Positions 47,201-60,890 are shown, numbered from the stretch's first letter. The stretch: DNA of 64,000 nucleotides from Amoebophrya sp. A120 (GCA_905178155.1 CAJINV010000012.1:2072166-2136165), one strand, 5' to 3'. Program-made: numbers and translations. Notes: generated by a model from the sequence alone, not told the origin.

Positions 47201-48968
47201 ATCCAAAGGTACTAGCATCACAAGTTCTTGCGTCCTTGTTCCAGTAGAGCCAAAGAACATATTTGCATTGCATACATTAGTTCTGGTGCCGTCAGGGTCC
47301 ATTTCAGAAGCTCCTGCTGGACGTCGAATGAGAGTCAAACTACTAGCCTCTTCCTGCCGTCTTTCCTCTTCCACCTCGCGCTTTTTTGCTGCCAGCGACT
47401 GCGGAATGCTGGTAAGGAATAAATCAGAAGAGCCTTCTTCTACACCGGCCCTTGTTCCACCGGTGCTTTTCATTTTCTCCTTCCTCAATAGCAGCTTTCG
47501 TTTTCGCTTCTCCAGCAACCGTTTCTTATGAACTGCAAAAGTATCGTACTCGTATAAATGCATTACAAATTTTCTCAGCATGAGAAATGGAACTTGTAAT
47601 GCTGATTTACCTTGAGAAAAAAATTTGTAATGCAAGACTTGCACTTATACGAATACGATACTTTTGCACAGGATATTTCTCTTCCTTCAACAATTTATCG
47701 TCGGCGTCGTGCGCGCGGTTCAGTTCCATGTACCCGCTCAACAACAAGCGGATCACTTCTTTTCCGACTTCCTTCGTCAGTACCGGACTCCGCTTGTTTC
47801 TCCTCGGGTTCTTCGGATCAGGCCCGCCGTTCCACTTGAACTGGGCCGCGATAGTGTACGCGAAGAACTGGTTCAAAATGCCGCAGTGGTGTTCGATGTC
47901 CTTCAAATTGATGGCAATTTTCGGCTTTTTGTCTTTCGCGAGTTGGTTTGCGTAGTGCTCCGCCAGGAATTCTTTGGGCGGAATACGCCCACCCTCGGTG
48001 AGCCGCTCCAGCATGGCTGCGCGAAAGTGTTGTTGGCCGTCAACATTTTGGAGATGAAGACGCTCATCTCCAGTAGTTATAGCACCAGGACGAGAACTCC
48101 CAGTGGTTTCATCGTCCGCGAGCCTTGAGGCTGCAGCGGAACTTCTACCGCCCTGCAGGAACACGTGCCGCCCGGTCCAGCGCCGCCTCGTCGACCGAAG
48201 TTCTTCTTCTACCTGTCCTCTTGTTCCATGATGTGCCTCATTCGGCGGGTTGTGCGGTGATGCGCCTGCTGTAATCGCAGAAACATCAATCATGCTTCGG
48301 GAGAGAGAAGATGCTCGTCCTCCTTCTCGGCTTCGGGAACTTGTAGATCTTGTCGGGGGAAGTCTTGGCCCCTGCAGGAATTCCTGTCCGTCAGTTTCAG
48401 TCTTGTCGCTCCACCTATCTTGTTCCGCCAGCGCGTGTAGTGCAGCTCCTCCACCCGCGGTTCTTGCACTGGGACTGGTCAACATCCCAGTGCTCGTGCT
48501 TGGAAAGAACTCGAAGTATCCCATTTGAACCTGTTGCCCATGCACAAAGTCCGGGCCGAGATCGAGGACACGGCTTGCATGATGCGCGAGGTAGAGGCTT
48601 TGCCTCGCCGGAGGTGGAGACCCAGCAGGCCCTCCTCGGCTAGTAGTAGAACTTCGGCCCCCGCCCGTCGCACCGACTGCTTCTGGTGCGGCACTGTAGC
48701 CAACTACCTGTTGTCGTGGTGGGTTTTGATCATGCCCAACTGGTAGAGATGCCGCGGCTTGTACGAATATGTGGAACGACGTAGAGGACAATACGCCATT
48801 GTCGCGATAACCTATATTAAAAATGCCCGCTGGATAGACGGTCAGGAGAACCGCGCAGAACGCTGTCACCAGAGCCACAAATGTCATCTCAACAGAAGAG
48901 CGAGAGAGGTCGGCGTGCCTGGAAACAAGTTCTTTGCGAAATAACTTGACAGCTGCGCTGCGCTTCAT
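44208..48968 (-). CDS. Hypothetical protein with N-terminal hydrophobic segment and a C-terminal 'GL...LNG..G.V..FD...GRW.V' small beta (SH3-like) motif; 5 introners
   Basis: ORFs 47607..48968, 47174..47644, an exon 46420-46984, 45219..45830 and 44208..44957 join in frame, e.g. VVLHGL|KSPTGAKLNGKKGTVVGFDEPSGRWAV. Confidence 0.65.
45040..45301. mobile_element. Introner-like element, family A
   Basis: DR TCAGC/TCAGC; opposite orientation to 20079-20340. Confidence 0.9.
45832..46170. mobile_element. Introner-like element, family A (degenerate)
   Basis: DR TCATT/TCATC. Confidence 0.85.
46222..46419. mobile_element. Introner-like element, family B
   Basis: DR CACTC/CACTC. Confidence 0.85.
46985..47274. 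mobile_element. Introner-like element, family A
   Basis: DR CGTTA/CATTA. Confidence 0.85.
47527..47675. mobile_element. Introner-like element, family B
   Basis: DR TTTCT/TTTCT. Confidence 0.9.
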
Positions 48969-51222
48969 CGTTGTAGTGCGTAGTGGTGGCCGTGGCGCTT
49001 ATCGATATAAATCAACAGAGAAGGAATGATGCTTATAAATGGTTCCTGTTCATAATAATTATAGACTTTTTCAGTGGAAGATTGATTTTGCTTTATTCTT
49101 GGCGGGCGTCGAACTTCTCGAAGTTGCAACTAGTACTGCAAGTTTGATATACCTAAAGAGCTACAGCAAGTAGAAAAGAAGAAAAGGCTTTCGATCATAA
49201 TGGCAATGGATAGATGTAAGTAGATCATCAACATCCGCGGTAGCTGCAAGCCGAATAGAGCTTCTACGAACGACAATTCAGGTCCTTGCTGTTTCTACAC
49301 TTCTTTTTCGAAGTTGTACTGGCACAGATAGAGATAGAGTCATTGAGAGGAACAAAAAATTGGCGTCAGTGTGAGAAGACCAACAAATGCTACTTCGGTG
49401 AATTTCAGGAACGAGAAGTTGTCGCCGCACCAGCAGTGTCGAGTATTCCGTTATTCTTGTTCTACTTCCGTGATATAGTGCTCCTTGTGCTCCTGCGTTT
49501 TGCGTTTCACACACATCAAATATTCGTGAGCTGCGTCGATCTACAACTTCACGTGTTTTTTATCTTTTCATGTTCACATTCGTGTCCTTTGAATCAACTT
49601 TTATCACGGTGCTGGGGGGAGTGTCGTACAAATGCAGGTCCAAGCTCGATTATAAGACGGTATTTGTATTTCTTCAGCTGGTCCTGGTCGTTGTGTTGTC
49701 TTCAACTCCACACGAATATTACCATGCCGCCGGCTCCCGCCGCCCCGTCCCGGTGCGGCGACCAGCAGCTTCACCGCAGAACAAGTGGTGGCGGTCCCCG
49801 AAATTTTTTATATAAAGGTGGACAATAGACCGACGAAAAGCAGAGGCTGCAACTCATAGAAAAACAGAAACATCACACGACGCACCACGAGCATAGTTCT
49901 TGTGCATCCCCCCAGAAGAAGATGACGACCACACGACAGCGGCCACGCTTGCAGGAACTCACTACAGCCACGAGGACATTGTTAAAATACAAAGAACTCA
50001 CGATCGGCCGAGTCGTGGCCCGACGCAGCAGAAGAAGTGAAAAAAATAGAAAGAATTCCGTACACGCCGAATGTGTTCTTTGCACGCTCAAAAAAAGTGC
50101 CGTAGTTTGAGCGATTTTCAATGGAGTTAGTGTAAATAATCATACAAATACAGCAACAATGTCACAGCGTTGTGCTTTATTTTTAGGTACTTTCGGTGGG
50201 TTCACCACCGAGGCCTCGTGCATCCTTTTCAGCGAAACTTTCATACGCACCACCACGACGTAGAAGTCGAGGCACTTCTATTATCTCTGGTGTCATCAAC
50301 TTCAACCCATAGATATTGCATGACGGTGCGCTTACTTTATTTGCCTTGTCAAAAGGGCCTACACGTCGCGAGGCAAGATGCGCTGTTCTTGCGATGTCCT
50401 CCTCGCGTGCTGCCATCTGGGGCCGTAGTGGATGCAGCTTTCTGTTTCTTCTTCCGTTCGAAAGCGAACGACTAGAGTCGTGCACTCGAGCTTCAATTTC
50501 AAATGGTTCTGCTTTATAAAGTCTATACGTATACTCGGTATTTCAAACCAGCACAGATCACTTTCACATCGCTGGCTGCAGTCGCTACCTATCTCATATG
50601 GACGGCGGAGTACTAGGAGTATCTGCAACACCGACCGAAGCCGGACATTATAAAACATCAAAAAAATAAGGAGAAACCAGCGACGTTGTAGCGCAGCATC
50701 GGTGAAAAAAAACGCGCCTGTGAAGTGACAGTGAGCGAGTGCAATTAATTGCGAACTATAGCACTGCAATACTCCAGTACCTACTTCTCCGAAGCATGAT
50801 CTGTCAGGAAAATTGGCCGTTCGAGAAACTACCACCTTGCGCACTACTAGTACTACAAGACGGTAGTTTTGGAGTATCGAGCCTGTGGTAACGCCGCCGG
50901 CGGGCGGCCCCCGTATATATAATTATACAAGGTAGAAGGGCGAAAGTCCAAATGACGAGCAGTAGTTTTTAGTAAGGGACAATGGTGGTTATAACGTGGT
51001 CCAAGACTACAACAGCTAAGTATTCTTTTTTAGTATTTTCCATACTAGAAATTTTGGATTCGGTTTGGGACATTTTACAATTTTGCCGAGAGCACTTGCC
51101 ACTTGCTGTTCGATTGGACCGATGCGCAGACTGGTGTCTGCTGGTGCTGGGCGGATTTGATTACTGGTGTCCACCCACGCGGCGGGAGTGGGAGACTGAA
51201 TGATCTCCGGCTTCAGTAGTAC

Positions 51223-52386
51223 TTACTTAACATACGTGTCATCTAAGCCGGAGGAGTCGTCCTCAAATACGATATCTACTCCGCGCTGAAAAACCTCTTT
51301 TCCGCGCTTGAAAACCTCTCCTTTCTGGAAAACCTCGCCTGTCACGTCGACTTTTGCGGTCAAGCGCACTTTCCCTGTCCAATATTTTTTCACGTCGTGA
51401 CCACTCGGGGGAGTCTTCGCGTCTGTTCGGTTTATTTCCTGTAGTGTGAGGCGATGGCGGACAAGAATCTCCGTCTCTAGTACCCGGAGACTCTTTTCAT
51501 CAGAATCGTGCAGCAGTAAAAGCAAGAGCTTGACTCTCGGCACCTGCTTAGGGTCGTGGGGGAAGGAACCGGGCGGCACCTCCACTTGCTCGACACTCGC
51601 CATATGGAACATGAAAAAATTCCAGTTCGGCGGAATAGTTCCGCGTACTTCCTGCGAGCGAGAAAAAAAACAATCGCGCGGCAATTTGGTATGGAGTATT
51701 CGGTCCAGAACGATGCTATTTGCGTCTAGAAGTAGCTGTTCCGCAGTGAGCTCTCCCAAGTCTGTGCTTACAGACTGAGTGTGCTGTTGAGCGTTGATTC
51801 CGGTAGTTCCTTGTCGAGGACCTGGCGCGAGGCGGACATCGACCAAGAGCCTCCAAAGGCGTTTGTTCTGACGTACGAGCGTGTTCCAGACAAAGTCCCC
51901 AAATGCCTTGGCACTGTGAAGCTGACCCGGGTCAGAAAACAAATTACCATTACGGACGGAATGGCGGAGTTTGCGCTCCGGTTTGGCAGCGATGCCCATC
52001 TTCAGTTCAGGGAATCTCACCGCATGGTTGGCAGCAAAGAATTCCTTCGCCTTTTGCAGCGCGCGGGTCTGCAAGCGCGTGGCTGGGCCAGCGTGTGCGT
52101 GGCCTGCAATCGTAAAAATTTTTGCTTTGAGGAAAGGCTTTTCCTCGGCAAACTTGTTCCACGCTGCCATGTCCAGCGCCGGTGTACTACTATCCCACGA
52201 TTGAGTTTCGACGGGCGCCGCACTGCTAGTACTCCTCGGCGTCGCGGCATGACACAAGAATGTCGAGAAGCTAGCCGAGAGACAAACACACACGCGGATG
52301 AAGCTGGTGTAGGCTGGTCGTGTCCTCGAGTAATTCTTCATCGTGTTCCTCCTCGTGTTGTGTGGCGAAGAAGTGAGCGACATCAT
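51223..52386 (-). CDS. Single-exon hypothetical protein with signal-peptide-like segment
   Basis: 387-aa ORF, hydrophobic FIRVCVCLSASFSTFLCHA, same strand as neighbours. Confidence 0.6.
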   Translation of the reverse strand: MMSLTSSPHNTRRNTMKNYSRTRPAYTSFIRVCVCLSASFSTFLCHAATPRSTSSAAPVETQSWDSSTPALDMAAWNKFAEEKPFLKAKIFTIAGHAHAGPATRLQTRALQKAKEFFAANHAVRFPELKMGIAAKPERKLRHSVRNGNLFSDPGQLHSAKAFGDFVWNTLVRQNKRLWRLLVDVRLAPGPRQGTTGINAQQHTQSVSTDLGELTAEQLLLDANSIVLDRILHTKLPRDCFFSRSQEVRGTIPPNWNFFMFHMASVEQVEVPPGSFPHDPKQVPRVKLLLLLLHDSDEKSLRVLETEILVRHRLTLQEINRTDAKTPPSGHDVKKYWTGKVRLTAKVDVTGEVFQKGEVFKRGKEVFQRGVDIVFEDDSSGLDDTYVK

Positions 52387-53653
52387 TTGACTTTATTGTT
52401 TTGGTAAAATCCAACACTACAGGAATAGGAAGAAGAGATCTATCTAGCGTGCGATGGGACGCACCTCTTTTTACTGTTTCGCAGACTAGAAAAAAAAAAG
52501 AAACAGGGAAGGGTAAAGAAAAAAGGGAGTCGAGATTAGCTCTACTGCTTTTGGTTTTTCTATTGCCTTTCCTGAGTTATATTTTTAGTTTTACAGCCGC
52601 TTAGTGAGGTCAGTTTCAAATTTTTAGAGAAAGAAAGAGCAACAACTTTTTCGAACTAACCTGCAGTTTTAGGCGGGGACAAGGCGATACGTGTAGGATC
52701 CTGGAAAAACAGAGCGCTTGTGGAATTTTGTTACTAGTCAGTCTTTTTCTTTCGAAATAGAGCAGCTGTTAGAACAGACACTAAAGCGCCAGACTGTGAT
52801 CGGGTTCGACGTTGAGAACTAGCATCCACTTAACTCTCATAGCATGGGAGATTCCGCCTCATATATCACCATCGTTCTCATTGTCTCTCGTCGGGATGCC
52901 GCTCGGGAAAGTTGTGAGTGATCTCATTTCATCATGATCGTGGGTCATTTCAGCAGGATCCATTTACATCTCTAGCACTGGGTCCGTCGTCATGATCGAA
53001 AATAGGTGGAGATCGAGATTTGTTGATCATGCCTACATTAGCACTTCTGGCACGGCGGCGTGGCGATGGCGAAAACTAAAATTATTGCTTGCCCTGAAAA
53101 TATTTGATCTTCAACGAAAGAACAGCACGAGTAACTACCTTCCTCGATCAAGTCGCAGTATTCTTGTTGCGCTTGCGCCGCCATTGAAGCGATCGTGGGG
53201 CTCTAAAGTAGTCATGTAACAATTATGCACCTTCTTTGTTCTAGGTAATCTGTTTACATAGGCAAAATCGTACTATTGAACCCACACTTTTACGGATACT
53301 GAGGATTAGGGTCCTAGAGGTTTTTTTGTGAAGAGTATGACCAAATAAACAGCTTTCTGGGTCTAAAGGTAAGCCGTGTGGGGTAAAGAAAAAGATGAAA
53401 AAGAATAACTGACGAAAAAAGTGAGTGTGAGTGATGTTGAATCTCCTTCCTTGACTTGTACTGATATAATTCAAACATAATTTGCTTCACGATCATACGC
53501 AGGTGGCGATCCGAAACTTCTGAAAAGTAGAGTTCTCGGAAAATTAAAACTATCTTACATAAACATACTCTAGCAGGCACAGGCTCCTTGGACGAGTGGC
53601 GCCAGAAAATAAGCAGACCCGAAAGCAAGAACAGGAACACGACTCGTCACTAC

Positions 53654-53887
53654 TATGGATCTGTCAGGATTGAAATCGTCAAAGTTGAAATTATAGTTTG
53701 CCATGCATAAAATGCAACGCAGAGAATGCCTGTCTTGCAGAGTAGGCAAGGGAAGCAGATGGCAAGCCTGTTTCGGGGTAGAAATAGAGCTGCTAAAGTA
53801 GCAAAACCAAAGGCGTCTTCCTTCCACAAACAGCATTACTGACTGGATTTCGGCTCTCCTCAAATTTGTCATGCGCCGATAGCCATA
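53654..53887. mobile_element. Truncated family H element downstream of a stop codon
   Basis: Left TIR TATGGATCTGTCAGGATTGAAATCG intact; right TIR and matching DR missing. Confidence 0.65.
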
Positions 53888-53910
53888 TCCCCACCTCACC
53901 TCCTGCTCCA

Positions 53911-56900
53911 TCACACCGCATACGTTTGCGTTTCTTCTTCCTGCGTCGACTCAAGCAGAAGTACTTGGTCCACTTCCAAGACCTCGCAGGATTCGATATG
54001 CATTGCAAAAGTATTGCACTCGTACAAATTATCGCATGACAAGTTTGATGTTCCTCAGAAAATGAAATTCAAATTTCTAAAATGCAGATTTACCTAGAGA
54101 AAGACATCTGCAAGAATGCATGACTGCGATTAGTAGAGTACGAGTACGTCGCTACTTGTACAATCACAATGCGTATTCCATATGCTGTGCAAAACCATCG
54201 CACTACTACACTAGTATAAAAATAAATTGCATGACAAATTACATCCTCAGCATGAGAAATAACATTTGTAATGCGGATCTACATTGAGAATGACAATGAG
54301 ATTTGTAATGCATGAATGCGATTACTACGAGTACGCTATTTGTGCAATGCATATTCCAGCTGGTCCAACAACACCGGAATCTGGTTGTTCGGAATTCGCA
54401 TCACTTCCCCGTGCTGCGTGTCGTGCTTATCGACGTTCTTCCCCTGCTGCTGCAGCTGCTCGGTAGTAACATTTTTAGTAGAATCCGTTCGCAGGTGTTC
54501 CAAAAGTTCATACCGCTCTTGCCAGAAAGTCAGCTGATACGCGTTGTTTGCTTCACATTTCGGATCTTCTTCATCGCTCGTTTTGACAACGCCATCAGTC
54601 GACGTGGACAATGATTTCTTCTTCCGGATGCAGAGCTTCAGGTATTTTCGATCCCGCCGCAAGGCTTCGGGCACGACTTTCGCCACTGGATCCACTACGC
54701 AGCCGTAATTTATTTCCATGTTGGCAGCAGCTGCCCCGCGGGGTTCTACTCCCAGCATCCCACAGCTTTCCACGTCTTCCCCGTAAAGCGCTGCGTAGGG
54801 GTAAGAGCCGTACCGCCTTTCTGGGCCAACCGGTTCCCCCGTGCGCAAGTTTTTCCGCTCCGGCACGAGCCGGCAGGTGTGGGACAGCTGCGTCGGTTTG
54901 GATGTTCTAGTTTTTTCTTCATGCTGCTCGTCTTTTTCGTTCCCTCCTTTCCCTGCTTCGTTCCCTTCCTCCACCACCTCCGTTCGCACCACTTCCCACG
55001 CGAGAATCCCGTTCGGGAAAAGCCGCTCGTCCGCGGTGGCAAACCGCGCCCCCTGTTTGTCAAAGTCCACAGTATTGCGGATTTTCGAACGCTGCTCCTT
55101 CTGCGACTCCTGGAGGGGCGGCACGGCCATCGGAATTTCTTCATCCGAGGCTTTCATATAATTTCCTCCGCCGGAAGACGTTTTCATCCTCCTCTGTGCT
55201 CGTGCCGTTCTTGTACTAGATCCGTCGAAGACAGCGCGGACTTCCCTCATGATGTCCACGCTGACAACCTCCCTCATGAGAGTAACAAAGCCCTCGTCTT
55301 GGCCTTCCACGTCGTCCTCGTCCTCGTCGGACGTGGAATTTTTGTCCTCATCATCACTCAACTGCACCGTCGACGATGACGCAGCTTTGTCAACAGAAGA
55401 AGACTCGGAGGTGTCGCCAGCCGAAGATTCGGCAACGGCATCCTCTTCGTCATCTACTTCCACATCTTGTTCGGCGGGTGAAGAAGCGGAGTTCGAATCT
55501 TCATCTGCAAGAACTCCGTCGCGATCGTCCGCGTTTGCCGACGACGCACTAGCACCCGTCTGATGATCAGAGAACTTTTTAGTACTCAACATTTTCATCT
55601 GTCCTCCTGGTTTTTCCACCTTGGCCTTGCTTGGTAACATCTTTGTGAAATCTTTACAGAGTTGACGCGACGTTTCCACAGCTTTCAGTCGCGGGAGCAC
55701 AATATCTCTTCGTCCATCTTGCCATCTACCGAGAATCATTTCCGCATCCATCCGCATGTAAATCCCGCACAAAATTTTCCTGTTCAGCTCCTTGTTTTGT
55801 ATCCGTGTGTTCAGCTGCCGCCACTGTCTCGCCCTGCGTTCACTGTTCGGCGCATTGCCACCTGTTCCTTCTCCTGGATTATTATACCGCCTATTTTTGA
55901 ATTGTCCTATTCGCCGCCTCTTCATTCTCTTCAAATCTTTTGTCATCTTATCCAGTTTTAGTGCGAGGCTGTGCTTCACGAAGTCGATTTTGCATTGACT
56001 CAAAACATCTTCGGTGGACGTCTCTGAGGTTTCTGTTGCAGTGGATGTTCTTGTGGTTGCTGGGCAGCCCGTAGTACTATTTCTTTCCGCCTCGGGAACG
56101 CGTAATTCCTTCTCCAAAGCCTCGAGAGCTGCGGGCAGTGTGTTTTTGGTCATGACCATGGCGAGTTTCCGCTTTATGGGGCGAACAACATAATGCTCCA
56201 CCCGGGTCACCGCTTCCGTTCCCTGCATCACCGCACTCGTGGTCTTCACTTCCTGGCGGTGTTTTTTCATACCTTCTTCGCTCATCTCGTATGGTTGGCG
56301 ACCGCGGCCGGAACGGCGGGCGTTGATGATGATGGCTTGTTTTACGATCTCTTCGCCGGTGTTCTCGCTCGTCTCGGCAGCCGCGCCCGTCGACGTATCC
56401 AATTTATTGTTCATCTCACCGCTCTCCTCTCGATCTGCTCCTGGTCCTGCCAAGACTGCCAGTGACGCGAAAGAGGACGCGGCAGAGGCCGACGTCGTCC
56501 CCTCCAGCCCAGGAATCACTTTTTTCTGGATGTGCGGGATGGCCATGAATTGCGTGTTGATATGCAAAGAAAAAAGCGTTACAGTTTACACATTGTGTTG
56601 CAGGACCGGCAAGACAGACAACCTTTGTCATGCACGAAATGCTTTCGAGCCTGCTCGTTTCATACGTGTTTTCCCTTGTGATCTTTGCATTGCAAGTTTT
56701 GTTCTATGTGATGCAGAGAAAATTTGCGTTGCTGAAGTTCCACCATCGATCACCAAGTGTGTAACTGTAACTACACTTTTTTCGTTGGATAGTTTACCCG
56801 GTTTTCGCAGTAGTCCAGCAGGTCCAGCCCTTTGGCGTAATTGGTGAAGGCCGCACAGAACCTTGGCAGCGGATCCGTCGCGAAGATGGTCAGATACTTG

Positions 56901-59341
56901 CAGCAAATGATCCGCTCCGCCTGCGGCCCAAAGTCCGCGGTCGACCCGTGCTGCAGCATCAGGGACTTCTCCGAGGACGCAAAGTACTCTCCTTTGCCGT
57001 CGCCGTTCTTGTCGAAGCAGCGGTCGGAGTAGCACCCGATATTCGGAAGGTCCGCGTCAATTAGATCCTGCCACTTCTCTATCCAAGAAAAAAACTGTGT
57101 AAGTGTAACTTTGTGTTGCAGACGGCGCAAGACAGTCACAACTGTCATGCTGGACATGCATCAGAGGCACTTTTCGTACGTGTTTTCACGTACTAGCTAC
57201 GCATGACAGGTAGTAGTTTTCTCTGTGGTCATGCAGAGCAAGCTTGTGATGCTGTTCCTCCAAGAAAGTTCCACTTACACAGTTTTTTTGTTGCATATTC
57301 TCGCAACCTTGGTTGTCGCAGTTGTCATACTCATTCGGGTTCGACATGCTCACCGCGTACTGGTATCCACTTGACAAAAGTATCGCGCTCCTCCAGTACT
57401 AATTGCAGATGTGCATGACAGAACAAAAATGTGTTCTCAGCGTTTTTTTGCATCACAACTCCTTTTTTTCATATGAAAGGATCATTTGGAAGAATGCGAT
57501 TTGCACGGCTGGAAGTACGATACTACTTTTGCAAGAATGCATAAGTTGTACTCATCGGCTAAAGCGAACCACACATGCGAGAGTTCGTGCACGAAGACCT
57601 CCGCGTCCTGGGTCTTGGCCAGTTCGGGGTAGTAGGGGTTGCGGGTCATGTACCCGATGGAGTTCAGACTGCTCGCCATCCCCGCGTGCCAGTAATCGGG
57701 GTCCCGCCGGTCCTCGCGTAGGTTCTGGATCAGCATGATCGCTTTAATCGTCGGCAATTTCGAGGCGCAGTGGTCGGTGACCAGAACCTGAATTGCGTTC
57801 TCCGTTGCGTTCCCGTACTGCGGGTGTTGGTGGATGCGGCACATAAACTGGTCGTGCTGCAGGTCGCTCCACTGCCCCTGCAGCGTGTTCCAGGGCTTCT
57901 CCTTGGGCGCAAACGAACAAAAGTGGTCGTCGTCCCACGGGTGGGCGGCGGACACGAAGAAATAGTTGATTTGCTCCACATCCCGGGGGTTAAACGGGCG
58001 GTGCTGGATCGTGTAGAAGTAAATGTCGCGCACGGTCTGCTCCCATCTTGCTGTTTCGTCGTACACCGGGTCATTTTGTTTAAAGTCCGGGTGCCCCCGC
58101 AGCCGAAACCCGGAAGGCGCGAGAATCACGTTCAAAGCGTCCTGGGGGTGTCGCCAGAGGTGCAGCGCGTTGCAGGTTTCCAAGTCCCCACCCACCTCCT
58201 CCATCCAGTCCTTCGCCTCCGGACTGATCGACAGTGTTTCAGACACCTCGCCATTGTCCACCGGCGCATACAGGTTTGCCCCTTGTCCCAGCGTGTTATC
58301 GATGACAATGTCGCCCGGCGCATACGACTCCTCCCCGGAGATGCCGAGACTATCCAGTCGGTCCTCGTCGTCCCGCGGCGCTTCTGACCCGGAGCCGGCG
58401 CCCCCACCGACTCTGCTCGATTCTTTCGAGTTGTTGGCCTCGCCGTCGGAGGTGCCACCAAGCAGGTCACCGCAACAAGAACCATCGCTGCCTTCATTTT
58501 GTTGTAGTTCCAGAACGGAAGTAGAGAAAGATGTAGATCTGCTCCCGGAAGTTGTAGACGATGTTGCTTGTTCCGACTGGGTATCAACCACGCGGCTCGA
58601 CGTCGCTTCAAGAGTTTTTCTTGTACCACCTTCAGAGGACTCGTCATCGTCTTCCTCCTGGGCCGCCTCGCCAAGTACAACATTTGACGACGGGGACAAG
58701 GGTCCACCACCACCTCGAACTGCTAGCCGTACCTCCTGAGGGTCTTCTTCTTGGTGTAGTTCCTTGCCTAGGTCAACATGATCCGCATCGGTTTTTCCTT
58801 TTAATACCGGTGCTGCTGCTGGGTGAAGCTTGATGCCACGAGCAGAAGTAGTTGCGAAAGAAGACGCTCTTTCGGTTGACGAAGCAGGTGCTGAAGAACC
58901 GTCTCCACTACTTCTACCCGAAGTTGTAGAGCTGCTGCTTGATGTTCTCGCAGCTGCGACAATATTTTTCCTTCGAGGTAGGTCGCGTCCTTTCTTGGGG
59001 CCGATTTTCCTGTCTTGGAGAAAGCGGAAGGCTTCCACGGGCTGCGGGAAAAATACTAGATGAGCACCAGGTGCTTTTTCATCGGTATGATGCTCAAGAA
59101 CAAATTGTCCGGAATAAAGTAGGAATACCAAGGGCAAACACGCACCGGCCACAGAGGAAGGAGGAGCTCGTCCTGCAGTAGTTGTGAAAGTAAGGGGCAC
59201 GACCACACTTCTTCTTTTATCCGACTTGTCGGCGGTCATCGTGCCAGAAGTAGAGCCGGACAGAGGCCGTGTGGTCGTCGACACAGGTCTTGTCTTCATC
59301 GTCAACGAAGACAGGGAAGCAGGAGCTGCTGCTCCGGCCAT
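53911..59341 (-). CDS. Large protein with an M64 (IgA peptidase)-like zinc metallopeptidase domain and an uncharacterised C-terminal domain; 5 introners
   Basis: FVHELSHVWFALADEY (HExxH...DEY), upstream NVILAPSGF and PFN..QINYFFV, downstream KWQDL..GCY..SLM; last exon frame LESCEVLEVDQV supported by the paralogue at 60891. Confidence 0.7.
53997..54175. mobile_element. Introner-like element, family B (degenerate), tandem with the next
   Basis: DR TTCGA/TTCCA. Confidence 0.8.
54181..54353. mobile_element. Introner-like element, family B
   Basis: DR TTCCA/TTCCA. Confidence 0.85.
56561..56791. mobile_element. Introner-like element, family C
   Basis: DR GTTGA/GTTTA. Confidence 0.85.
57080..57297. 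mobile_element. Introner-like element, family C
   Basis: DR TTCTC/TTCTC. Confidence 0.9.
57364..57543. mobile_element. Introner-like element, family B (degenerate)
   Basis: DR ACTGG/AGTTG; immediately after the DEY motif. Confidence 0.75.
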
Positions 59342-60890
59342 TTCGATTTATTTCCTTTTTTAGGTATCGATACGAAGGATGCCGAAAAAAAAGTGTTTAC
59401 AGCTGGTTCTCGCGCTATTCAACTTAGGTGAAAGTAAAAATGAAAGAGTGCTGCAGGCTCGCTTCTACGAAAAAAACCAAAATTTAACTTGCTATTGCTC
59501 CTGCTCGCACCATACTTAATCTTCAACTTCATCTTTCTTTTCGTGAGCGACATTTTAGCATTACCTTTTGGGACAACTACGAGGCGGGGAGAATCATGAA
59601 AATCTGTTGTAGCACGACGAAATAGAGAAGAGCAACGTTGTCAGACGAGGCGGGCACGCATAACTCACATGTGAAAGTTGTAGAAAGTTGGACGAAATAG
59701 ACCACGAGAGGACGAAAGAAAGGTCTGCTGAAGATAGTACTCACTAGACGAACTAGCATTCCAGTGTTAGTTCACGGTCGTAGTCGGTCGTGCTACGAGG
59801 ACGATCGGCATTACTACAGAAGAAGAACGAGGAACGGGAACGAAATCACTTTTTGTACGCTGCACGATGCGAACTTCATTTAGCATTCCATCCTGCTTTG
59901 TACGGACGAGGACAATCGCAGGAGGACGAAAGAGATGAACCGACGGAAAACGAATATGTGACCTCCTACTTATTTTCAACGGAGGTTGACGATGTCTCTT
60001 CATGCTCGCAATTTGCAAGCAAGAACAGAATAGCGATTTCATATCACGGTAGCAGGAGCAGCACGAGCAGGGACGTCAATTAGAATTACGAACTACGGCA
60101 GGTCAGGCAACATCTTCTTGACGGCAACCAGAAGTCTTAAGAAGAAGGAACGACACGACCACAAGCGAACAACAAGGAAAGTTGTGACATAAGAAAAATA
60201 GGTGCTGCAGAAACTACTACAACTTGCACTTTACGACCGGCCGAAAAAAACATTTTTCAGCCTGTCTCGTCGTACTACATCAAGTGCCCAAATATGTACA
60301 AATTGAGTCTTCTTCCGTGGTAGAAAATTCGTGACGAACTACTTGCGTGGAAGTTGGTGGTGGTACTGGTGGGGATACCATCCAATAACTCATTCGAACT
60401 TACTTCACCGTTGGGAATAAATAGCAAATGATCAGGTTGGTGTCGGTGTAACTAAGTAAAAAAGAGAATTTTTTCAAATCTTTTGTACAGACGGTAAACG
60501 AACGAAGTTGCAAATTAGAACGTAAAACTTCTCAGTTCAGACAGTGCAATGAATGCGTATGCGATGCATGTAAAATAAATTATTGATCAAAAATCGGAAA
60601 CGCAAAGTTGAGTAGACTTGTGACGAAGATTTGCTCTGCGAGTGTTGTAATCAATCAGAGGTGCTTCAGATTCATACGAAGAATGAGAGTAAAAATAACG
60701 AAATAACTTCCTCTGCTGCACCTGCAGCTGTACTAACTTCTAAGGTATAAAGATAAACACCTATATGAAAATTATAAAAATCAAAATCAATGCACACTAC
60801 TAACCGAAACGTCTTCCCGTACGTTTTTTTTAACCTCCAGATGAACATCCTAGTGGTCCACACGACCAGAACCTCCACTGCAATAAGACC

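Noticed and set aside
49720-50930. GC boxes next to TATA-like tracts (about 49804 and 50914) as promoters
   Set aside because: No transcript start data and far from a predicted start codon; too weak to call.
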